From an uncultured virus (IMG/VR IMGVR_UViG_3300003178_000005) (taxonomy: Duplodnaviria; Heunggongvirae; Uroviricota; Caudoviricetes), in IMG/VR virus record IMGVR_UViG_3300003178_000005: a stretch of DNA of 64,000 bases; one strand, 5' to 3'. Under the pieces are notes generated by a model. That model searched no databases, was not told where the DNA came from, and saw nothing but the letters and a program-made list of their open reading frames with translations. This document shows, one piece after another, positions 1-6,451 of the stretch. How positions within the stretch are numbered: position 1 is the stretch's first letter; every line of letters starts with the position of its first letter. A program made the position numbers and the translations under genes.

Positions 1-43
1 GTTGCCAAGTGGCAGCAAATCTTCGAAGTGGGCGTGCGGTCAT

Positions 44-118
44 GGCTCCATCATCTAGCGGTTAGGATTCCAGGTTTTCATCCTGGCCACAGGAGTTCGA
101 GTCTCCTTGGAGTCACCA
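44..118 (+). tRNA. tRNA-Glu(UUC)
   Basis: Acceptor GGCTCCA/TGGAGTC, anticodon arm CCAGG-TT-TTC-AT-CCTGG, T loop TTCGAGT, encoded CCA. Confidence 0.95.
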
Positions 119-122
119 TTTT

Positions 123-153
123 GTGAGTGTAGCGCAGTCTGGTAGAGCACTTG
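123..153 (+). pseudogene. 5' half of a disrupted tRNA (Pro-like)
   Basis: GTGAGTG-TA-GCGC-AGTCTGGTA-GAGC-A-CTTG, then an abrupt switch to AT-rich sequence; pairs with the half at 789-829. Confidence 0.8.
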
Positions 154-188
154 ATAATGTAACTATGTTTGGTTAAACATTATTTGAG

Positions 189-194
189 TATAAT
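189..194 (+). promoter_or_regulatory. -10 box for the HNH gene (probably leaderless mRNA)
   Basis: TATAAT ending 6 nt before ATG 201, no SD. Confidence 0.55.
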
Positions 195-200
195 GCTACC

Positions 201-716
201 ATGAGAAAAGAAAGTCAAGGTGAATATATTTTTGTTGTTGATTCGTTTTGTGAAATGGCAGACAGCAGAGGCAGAGTACTCGAACATAGATATGTAGTGG
301 CTAAACATATTGGAAGACCGTTGCGTAACGATGAACATGTGCATCATAAAAACGAGAACAAAAAAGACAATCGTATAGAAAATCTTGAAATAGTGTCTCA
401 AGCAGAACATAGGCGACTACATGCAAATACATACGTAAAATGTGCATTTATTTGTCCAATATGCGGAACTTTTTTTGAAAAAACTAAAAGGGAGCTAAAA
501 TATGGGAAAATACAAAAACCATGCTGCTCAAGAAAATGTGCTGCAAGGAAACAATTATTAGATGGAAGGTTTCCTATAGGAAATAGTGGACGCAAAACAG
601 AAATTGCTCATGGAACATATGCAGAATACAAAAAAGGATGCAGATGCGATAAATGTAAAAAAGCAAATTCAGAATACATGAAAAAATATAGAAAAGAACG
701 GGGTGTGGGAAAGTAA
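201..716 (+). CDS. HNH homing endonuclease with C-terminal Cys-rich zinc-binding motifs
   Basis: EHRYVVAKHIGRPL..EHVHHKNENKKDNRIENL..H HNH_3-type motif; CPIC..CCSRKC and HGT..GCRCDKC motifs; stop lies inside tRNA-Pro. Confidence 0.9.
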   Translation: MRKESQGEYIFVVDSFCEMADSRGRVLEHRYVVAKHIGRPLRNDEHVHHKNENKKDNRIENLEIVSQAEHRRLHANTYVKCAFICPICGTFFEKTKRELKYGKIQKPCCSRKCAARKQLLDGRFPIGNSGRKTEIAHGTYAEYKKGCRCDKCKKANSEYMKKYRKERGVGK

Positions 717-777
717 GGTTTAATCCGCTTGCTTTGGGAGCAAGAGAGCGTCAGTTCGAATCTGACTACCCCGACCA
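699..777 (+). tRNA. tRNA-Pro(UGG)
   Basis: Acceptor CGGGGTG/TACCCCG, anticodon arm CTTGC-TT-TGG-GA-GCAAG, T arm GTCAG-TTCGAAT-CTGAC, CCA. Confidence 0.92.
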
Positions 778-788
778 TGAATATTTTT

Positions 789-829
789 GAGCAAGAAAGT
801 CGCAGGTTCGAATCCTGCCTCTCGCACCA
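789..829 (+). pseudogene. 3' half of the disrupted tRNA
   Basis: GAGCAAG-AAAGTC-GCAGG-TTCGAAT-CCTGC-CTCTCGC-A-CCA; acceptor strand pairs 6/7 with 123-129. Confidence 0.8.
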
Positions 830-899
830 TTAGATTGGTTTTGATAAAGTCATGGCTTTATGAGAACCAGTCTAATTTTTGATAGTTTTGAATTGACTT

Positions 900-1140
900 G
901 GGGCCCAGAGGACGCTCTGGGATGGTACCTAAAAACCTATCCAAAACTATTAACGCAATATGCCTTCGGAGGGTTAAGCCCAAAGACGCATATCTGGCGT
1001 GACTAAGAGAGGGTGAAGCCGTTCGGGAGATAAGCGCCCTGAATCCGCCACGCTCGTGGAGGCCCCTCTCGATTGTCGAACTCATTCTGCCAACTACGGT
1101 TTACTAAAGTGAGGAGTGGGAGAAGACGCAATCTTCGACT
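900..1140 (+). ncRNA. Candidate structured ncRNA, family unassigned
   Basis: GC-rich, no credible ORF; stems 904-910/915-921, 958-963/988-993, 1007-1013/1064-1070, 1048-1052/1055-1059. Confidence 0.5.
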
Positions 1141-1180
1141 TACCGCTTTCAATATCAAATACCTAGATGGCGGAAATTGT

Positions 1181-1266
1181 GCCCCTGTGTTGGAATGGTA
1201 GACATTGGGGACTTAAAATCCCCTGGCCTTTGTGCCGTGCGGGTTCAAATCCCGCTGGGGGTACCA
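1181..1266 (+). tRNA. tRNA-Leu(UAA)
   Basis: GGGGA-CT-TAA-AA-TCCCC, long variable arm, GCGGG-TTCAAAT-CCCGC, CCA. Confidence 0.92.
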
Positions 1267-1269
1267 TAT

Positions 1270-1353
1270 GCGGATGTGGTGGAATGGTAGACACGCCAGC
1301 CTTAGGAGCTGGTGCCGAAAGGTGTGGAGGTTCGAGTCCTCTCATCCGTACCA
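1270..1353 (+). tRNA. tRNA-Leu(UAG)
   Basis: CCAGC-CT-TAG-GA-GCTGG, variable arm, TTCGAGT T loop, CCA. Confidence 0.95.
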
Positions 1354-1386
1354 ATCAAAAGGAGAGAAATTGTCTCTCTGAAATAT

Positions 1387-1455
1387 GAGGTGTGCCATAA
1401 TTGGAAAGATGACTGCAGCATCCTGAAGCAGGTTCAAACCCTGCCCACCTCGCCT
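1387..1455 (+). pseudogene. Degenerate tRNA (possibly Cys GCA derived)
   Basis: GAGGTG/CACCTC acceptor-like stem and intact T arm GCAGG-TTCAAAC-CCTGC; damaged D and anticodon arms; ends CCT. Confidence 0.55.
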
Positions 1456-1462
1456 TACACAT

Positions 1463-1548
1463 AGAGGGTTGGCCGAGCGGTCGAAGGCACTGGTCTTGAA
1501 AACCAGCGTGCGTAAGCACCAAGGGTTCGAATCCCTTACCCTCTGCCA
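1463..1548 (+). tRNA. tRNA-Ser(UGA)
   Basis: AGAGGGT/ACCCTCT, CTGGT-CT-TGA-AA-ACCAG, variable arm, G73, CCA. Confidence 0.95.
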
Positions 1549-1571
1549 TTTTTTTTAGCATATATTTTTAT

Positions 1572-1648
1572 GCTCGAATAGCTCAGTTGGCTAGAGCAGC
1601 TGATTTGTAATCAGCAGGTCGTCGGTTCGAGTCCGACTTTGAGCTCCA
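1572..1648 (+). tRNA. tRNA-Thr(UGU)
   Basis: GCTGA-TT-TGT-AA-TCAGC, GTCGG-TTCGAGT-CCGAC, CCA. Confidence 0.95.
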
Positions 1649-1679
1649 CAAAAATCAACAGGACGAAAAAATATATGCT

Positions 1680-1710
1680 AAAAAAACCGCACGGGGTGTG
1701 CGGATTCTTT
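1680..1710. terminator. Probable bidirectional intrinsic terminator
   Basis: A-tract, CCGCAC/GTGCGG hairpin, T-rich tail between convergent units. Confidence 0.6.
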
Positions 1711-2138
1711 CACCCCAGCTTCTTCAGCCTTCTCTCACCCTCTTTGAACTTGAGTTCTGCAATAGCAGATGCTGCTCTCAGGCTTGAAATGCTAGTGACA
1801 AAGGCTGGGATATATGCCTCTATCACTTTTCCATATGTCTCGTATACGATTTGTGCAACCTTTGGGTCGGACTCAAAGTTAATGCTAATATTGAATCCAT
1901 CCTTTTTGTTGGCCCTCACGAGAACATCGACCGACGTCCCCATCTGGTTGAATGATGCTGACTCGCTGATTGTTCCGCCAAGCGCAACTTTCAACTGTTT
2001 CCAAACAGATGGTTTTTTGGGAGTCTCCGCACCAAATTCTTTAGAGATTGCTCTCACTGCTTCCGCAATTCCATCTTGGAATTTTGCATAACTTTTCATT
2101 TCCTCTGTGCTGACATGTGCTGTAATTTCGATTCTCAT
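1710..2138 (-). CDS. Hypothetical protein
   Basis: 142 aa ORF, AGGAG SD, ends at the terminator. Confidence 0.7.
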   Translation of the reverse strand: MRIEITAHVSTEEMKSYAKFQDGIAEAVRAISKEFGAETPKKPSVWKQLKVALGGTISESASFNQMGTSVDVLVRANKKDGFNISINFESDPKVAQIVYETYGKVIEAYIPAFVTSISSLRAASAIAELKFKEGERRLKKLG

Positions 2139-2372
2139 CGTGTACTCCTGTTTTGATTTTTGCTAAGAATATGCAATACACATCTTCTCGCACAAATAGT
2201 TACCAGCTTTTTTTTCAAAAGTTCACTTTACACAAGGGCGAAAATATAGTACAATTCCTACTCTTTTAAAAATGAACTTTTTGCATGCCCACATGGTATA
2301 TAATACTGAGGACAGATGCCACTCAAAATATGAGCTTCAAACACCAAGGAGCTAAGCCAAGAAGTCAGCCAC

Positions 2373-2452
2373 TCCTATGGTGCAAACGCAGGGGAACAGT
2401 ATTTTGTGTTTGCTAAGTCGGTTGCTGAAATCCAAATCAACCAGCCATAGGA
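2373..2452 (+). ncRNA. Candidate three-way-junction RNA in the tRNA leader
   Basis: TCCTATGG/CCATAGGA closing stem enclosing GCAAACGCA/TGTGTTTGC and GGTTG/CAACC hairpins. Confidence 0.4.
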
Positions 2453-2492
2453 TACGGGCGGGTAGCTCAGTTGGTTAGAGCCCTCGGCTCAT

Positions 2493-3220
2493 ACATCTTT
2501 ACATTCGGATGTTTTTATGGCATAATGCATTAAAACATAAGGATTAAAGAATGAAGCATAGTTACAGAAGATTGAATGGTTACGTCCTAACCTATGAGCC
2601 GTCTAGCAAGTATTGCATGACATCAGAAAATTGGGATGGATGGGTATATGAACATATACTCGTCATGGAAAGAAGGCTTGGTGAAATACCTGACGGATTT
2701 GAAGTGCATCATCTTGATGGTGACACTGAAAACAATAGGGACGACAACCTAATACTTCTTTCAAAGGAAGACCATACAAGACTTCATAACTGGCTTCAGT
2801 CGTGTGACATCAACTTGAAAGAGTTGAATGCAAATCGGATGAATTCAGGGAAACCTAAACTATTCAGGTGTAAAGAGTGCGATAAGCCATTGTCTGGAAG
2901 CCAGACAACATTTTGTTGTACTGCATGCCAAAATAGGTTTAGCTCAAAGAAACCTCCTGTAGACGAGCTTATAGGTAAAACTATAAGCGAAATCTCAAGC
3001 AAGTTTTCAGTAACTCCGAAGACTGCAAGAAAATGGTTTCATTCATACGGAATAGCATGGCAATCCTGAGCGAAGCCAATGACGAACTTCATTGGAACGT
3101 GCAGAGACTACACGGTGCAAGAAGCGTCTTGCGTAATACGTGATTAGCGTCCGACACCTAAGTGCTACATGCATATGGTGATGATATAGTCCACGGAGTA
3201 GTGAAAGCTACACAAACGTG
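2493..3220 (+). mobile_element. Group I self-splicing intron (728 nt) encoding an HNH endonuclease
   Basis: 5' exon ends in U, intron ends in G; P3 TCGGATG 2835-2841/CGTCCGA 3148-3154; P4 TTCAGG/CCTGAG; P7 GAGACTA 3104-3110/TAGTCC 3187-3192; P9 GTAGT-GAAA-GCTAC. Confidence 0.92.
2551..3069 (+). CDS. Intron-encoded HNH homing endonuclease with zinc finger and HTH-like tail
   Basis: YEHILVMERRLG..EVHHLDGDTENNRDDNL..H; CKEC..FCCTAC; AAGGA SD; TGGCATAAT -10-like box upstream. Confidence 0.9.
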   Translation: MKHSYRRLNGYVLTYEPSSKYCMTSENWDGWVYEHILVMERRLGEIPDGFEVHHLDGDTENNRDDNLILLSKEDHTRLHNWLQSCDINLKELNANRMNSGKPKLFRCKECDKPLSGSQTTFCCTACQNRFSSKKPPVDELIGKTISEISSKFSVTPKTARKWFHSYGIAWQS

Positions 3221-3271
3221 AACCGAGTTGTCGCAGGTTCGAGCCCTGCTCCGCCCACCATTTAATCTTCA

Positions 3272-3378
3272 GATTTCCGCAGGATGCGGCTAATCGTCAA
3301 CGCCAAAAACAAAAAGTGTTAAAACTTCCTTCCAAAGAAACAAACATTTTTCGACATTGGCCGCATCCTGGGGAAATC
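3272..3378 (+). ncRNA. Long rod-like hairpin RNA candidate
   Basis: 15-bp helix 3280-3294/3356-3370, flanked by 3272-3278/3372-3378, with an inner AAAAAGTGTT/AACATTTTT stem. Confidence 0.5.
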
Positions 3379-3379
3379 C

Positions 3380-3582
3380 CTGGAGGAAAGACCAGCAGTT
3401 GAGTTCTACGAGGATTGACGAATACGAACCTTCTTGTCCCTTATTTAAGGAACGAGAACCAGTACTATTGCGCTTTGAGAGTAGATACAGACAGGAGCGT
3501 CAGCCCCCTCCTAAAGCCAAATATATGGTAGGTTCCGTTACCTATCCGGCAGAAATAAACGGATAAAGAAGCAGCTCAGGCA
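3380..3582 (+). ncRNA. Candidate multibranch ncRNA with pseudoknot
   Basis: GAGG..TTGACG/CGTCAG..CCTC stem; TTCTTGT/ACGAGAA hairpin; GGTAGG/CCTATC hairpin whose loop TCCGTT can pair with downstream AACGGA. Confidence 0.45.
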
Positions 3583-3705
3583 ATCTATATGATGCTTGAC
3601 AAAAGTTGCTTCTTGATTTTTTTAGCCTACATTATGGTATATATATTTGGAGAGAGTGTGGTTTTAAAACGAGCCCTAGGGCAAAAATCACCTTTAGGAG
3701 ACCAT

Positions 3706-3819
3706 ATGGTAAAGTTTGTAAAGAAAATAGCAACCGATGAAAGGACTATTGCAATAGCAGGGCTAATAGCACTGGCGGTTGCTGAGGCGCTTCTAAGCAA
3801 AAAGCCAGCGGATAGCTAG
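3706..3819 (+). CDS. 37 aa single-TM peptide (type I toxin-like)
   Basis: AGGAG SD; hydrophobic IAIAGLIALAVAEALL followed by SKK; own promoter; 5'/3' UTR complementarity. Confidence 0.6.
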   Translation: MVKFVKKIATDERTIAIAGLIALAVAEALLSKKPADS

Positions 3820-3846
3820 CGTTGGCTGCCACGCTCTCTCTATTTT

Positions 3847-5028
3847 TTAGCATCTAATACTATCATGAATATTCTTTACCGCTTTTCCTGAAAGGTGCAT
3901 TCCAAGCGCAATAGCTGCTGCATCTGATGCAGCTGGCCCAAAAAGCTTTCTTGTAATTCCATACCCAAGACCAGCACCAGCTAAATTGAGCGCAACATCT
4001 CCGACTATACTATCATCTAGTGTTTTTTGCATCTCGTGAGTTTTCGCCCTTATAGCATCTCGTGCTGTCATCTTAACGGTTGATTCTTTTTTTAGCTCTC
4101 TATTTTTTAGGTATTGAGACAACTGGTCTATAGCTAACCCAACGCCTAAGCCTGCAAGACCAAATTTTCCGGCAGCTTTTAAAGTATTTCTTGCTAACCC
4201 TTTAGTTAGTGCTTTTGATGTGTTTTTTGCCCGCTGAGCTTCTGCCCCAACAAGGAAGTCTGGTTTTGCCTTGTTTCTCCAGAATCTGTCAGGCTTTTTC
4301 TTTAGTCTTTCGTATTCTGCTCTTTCATTTTTTATATATTCTTTATTTTTTGTGTTGTATCCAACAATCCTATTCGTTATCGGCTCTATTGCCCCTGAGG
4401 CAGCAAACGATGCTCCAGTCCCAAGTATTTGCTTCTTTCTTGATGAGTTTTCATCTCCCGCTCCGGTCGCATTATCTGCAATATCATTAGCTGCAGTACC
4501 GAGCCCTCCTAGTGCTGCCCCACGCTTTGCAGATATTCCCCTAAACTTTCCCTTTGTAAAAAGTGACAACCCTGCGCCAAGAGCTGCACCACCAAGAGAA
4601 TCTTTTATCATCTCAGATGTTTTTCTTTTTTTTGGCTTCTTGTCTTCAACTGCACTTTCTGCAATTTCATATGCATCATCTGGTATGACGGCAGCAGACT
4701 GCTTGTAGATATCTGTCGCAGATTTGATATATTTCTTTTCTTTTCTATTATCAGCAAGCCACCTTCTTGCTCTTGTGGCATCATCAACTTTTTTGTCGTT
4801 ATATACTTTTCCGGCTGCAGCACCAACCGCTGTTCCTGCTGCGAGTATTGCCGCCTCTTTTGGTCTTGATTTTGTTTTGATTATTCTAGACAGCAAACCA
4901 GAAGAGAGTGCACCCTTGAATGCTCCCTCTGCTATAGGCTCTTTGCTGTCCCTGCCATATTCATAAGAAGCATCACGCTTTGCTTTTTCTTCAGCAAGCT
5001 CTCTTGCTACCTTATCTTCTTTTCGCAT
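3847..5028 (-). CDS. Gly/Ala/Lys-rich putative virion internal protein
   Basis: Repeated GxxxG-rich hydrophobic segments; likely ATG at 5028. Confidence 0.55.
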   Translation of the reverse strand: MRKEDKVARELAEEKAKRDASYEYGRDSKEPIAEGAFKGALSSGLLSRIIKTKSRPKEAAILAAGTAVGAAAGKVYNDKKVDDATRARRWLADNRKEKKYIKSATDIYKQSAAVIPDDAYEIAESAVEDKKPKKRKTSEMIKDSLGGAALGAGLSLFTKGKFRGISAKRGAALGGLGTAANDIADNATGAGDENSSRKKQILGTGASFAASGAIEPITNRIVGYNTKNKEYIKNERAEYERLKKKPDRFWRNKAKPDFLVGAEAQRAKNTSKALTKGLARNTLKAAGKFGLAGLGVGLAIDQLSQYLKNRELKKESTVKMTARDAIRAKTHEMQKTLDDSIVGDVALNLAGAGLGYGITRKLFGPAASDAAAIALGMHLSGKAVKNIHDSIRC

Positions 5029-5491
5029 CAGAAAGACCTCTTCCGCCGCTGTTGTTTTTGGCCATACTGTTTCCAGCGTTAACATAGCCAAAGAACTCGC
5101 TTGTTCCAGACTGCTTGTGTGTTTTTTCTCCGGTATCTGCAATCAGCTTTGCAGTCGCAAGGTCTATGTTCCCACCGTAGCTATGAACTGTAGAAAGCAT
5201 GCTCGCACCAAGCTCCTTATTTGTGGCTATCCCCGGAGACAGTGTATAAAATGCGTTCATCCACTCTTTCATATCTTGATGTGGTACTTTTTTTAGCTCA
5301 GGATGTTTCTTTTTTGCATAATCTATAACACTATTAAGTTTTCTTTTTTGCACACCTGAGTGTATAGTGTCAATTAGAGAATCTACTCCTTTTAGCGCTA
5401 CAGCAGCACCTATTACTGGAACTATTTGTTTTGCCATATCCATTCCAGCGCTAGAAGCCGAAGAAATTTTAGATAGCCCTTGTCTAGCCAT
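5012..5491 (-). CDS. Hypothetical (putative virion) protein
   Basis: 159 aa, AAGGA SD, TGGTATAAT promoter upstream. Confidence 0.65.
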   Translation of the reverse strand: MARQGLSKISSASSAGMDMAKQIVPVIGAAVALKGVDSLIDTIHSGVQKRKLNSVIDYAKKKHPELKKVPHQDMKEWMNAFYTLSPGIATNKELGASMLSTVHSYGGNIDLATAKLIADTGEKTHKQSGTSEFFGYVNAGNSMAKNNSGGRGLSDAKRR

Positions 5492-5520
5492 AATATAATC
5501 CTTTTGGGTATTTTTATTTT

Positions 5521-5886
5521 TTATCTAATTATACCATTTATTTTTTTTGGAGCAGAATTTGTGAATTTGGGCTGCCCAACAAGCTTTGTCGGGCCACCTA
5601 CTTTTACACTTGTGTTCAACTTGAACATTTTTGAAGCTGCGTTTTTTATTTTTGGTATTTTTAGCCCAAAAGCTGCTGTTTTCCCAATATCTCCATATGG
5701 TCCAGCTCCATGCTGTATATTTTTTAGGCCAGATGGTCCACCACTAATAGCTTCTATTCCTGCTCCCCATTTTATTTGGTTCTTAAAGTCTTTTCCGAAA
5801 GTAGCCAAACCTTTTGATGTATTTTTAGTGAATAGTTTTGTTACGATAGGCCTTACTGCCCTTATGGCAGCGCCCCTTGAATGCAA
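5521..5886 (-). CDS. Basic Gly-rich protein, N-terminus probably lost at a deletion junction
   Basis: Overlaps the HU 3' end in another frame; contains IGKTAA motif. Confidence 0.45.
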   Translation of the reverse strand: MHSRGAAIRAVRPIVTKLFTKNTSKGLATFGKDFKNQIKWGAGIEAISGGPSGLKNIQHGAGPYGDIGKTAAFGLKIPKIKNAASKMFKLNTSVKVGGPTKLVGQPKFTNSAPKKINGIIR

Positions 5887-6118
5887 TATACAGCTTGTCT
5901 TCTCTCTGTATCTCTTCCCCAGACAACTTATCTTTTTTGCCTTTTCTTCTTTTTAGTGTGAAGGAGCCTATATTCTGAAGGTATACCGTGTCACCTTCTT
6001 TTTCAATAGCATCTGTAATTGCAAAGTGTAAAGCCTTCAAGAAAGTAGCAGTATCACGCTCGCTCATTCTTGCATTTTGTGCTATTTTCTTAACCAGTTC
6101 ACTGTGTGGAAGTTTCAA
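5825..6118 (-). CDS. HU/IHF-family DNA-binding protein
   Basis: ELVKKIA..ITDAIEKEGDTVYLQNIGSFTLKRRKG..IAFK pattern. Confidence 0.8.
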   Translation of the reverse strand: MKLPHSELVKKIAQNARMSERDTATFLKALHFAITDAIEKEGDTVYLQNIGSFTLKRRKGKKDKLSGEEIQREDKLYIAFKGRCHKGSKAYRNKTIH

Positions 6119-6139
6119 GTGTAGCCTTTATATCTTACT

Positions 6140-6157
6140 TTTGATATAATTATACCA
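6140..6157. promoter_or_regulatory. Overlapping divergent extended -10 promoters
   Basis: TTTGATATAATTATACCA reads TGnTATAAT on both strands, between divergent genes; identical copy at 44869-44886. Confidence 0.7.
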
Positions 6158-6172
6158 AAAAAAGAGATTACT

Positions 6173-6451
6173 ATGAATATAGGCAATAAAATAAAACTGC
6201 GCAAAGCAGCAATAAGAAAAGTATTCACGCAAACCGAGTCAGCTTTTTTATTCTCAATAATAAATTTAACTGGCGACATGTCAGATGCCTATGATGCGAT
6301 GATTGGCATATTGTCTACTGATGACAGAGACAATGCGGTAATTGTCCCAGGGTACATGTATGACGAACACAAAACATTATCTAAGGCTATTGTAGATAAA
6401 ATAGATAAGCAAGAAATTGATGCAGATGACCTAGAGGAGATACAAAGATAA
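6173..6451 (+). CDS. Hypothetical protein
   Basis: 92 aa ORF downstream of the promoter, coupled to the next gene. Confidence 0.6.
   Translation: MNIGNKIKLRKAAIRKVFTQTESAFLFSIINLTGDMSDAYDAMIGILSTDDRDNAVIVPGYMYDEHKTLSKAIVDKIDKQEIDADDLEEIQR

Larger units (their letters stand above)
2456..3260 (+). tRNA. Intron-containing tRNA(CAU), probably Ile2; exons 2456-2492 and 3221-3260
   Basis: Joined exons give GGGCGGG/TCCGCCC acceptor, CTCGG-CT-CAT^AA-CCGAG anticodon arm, GCAGG-TTCGAGC-CCTGC, CCA; no initiator features; C4-G69 pair. Confidence 0.9.

Noticed and set aside
1..43. Hairpin GTTGCC/GGCAGC at the window start
   Set aside because: Probably the end of another RNA element, but truncated by the window edge and not assignable.
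154..788. Group I or II intron in the split tRNA
   Set aside because: No P3/P7 or domain V elements; the space is filled by the HNH ORF and a complete tRNA.
1163..1561. ORFs overlapping the tRNA genes
   Set aside because: Spurious translations of tRNA sequence.
3272..3378. SRP 4.5S RNA or Y RNA
   Set aside because: No SRP helix 8 motif in the right context; the bulged helix does not match the Ro-binding consensus on the supported strand.
3380..3582. RNase P RNA
   Set aside because: GAGGAAAGACC resembles the conserved region, but the complementary 3' P4 strand is absent and the length is short.
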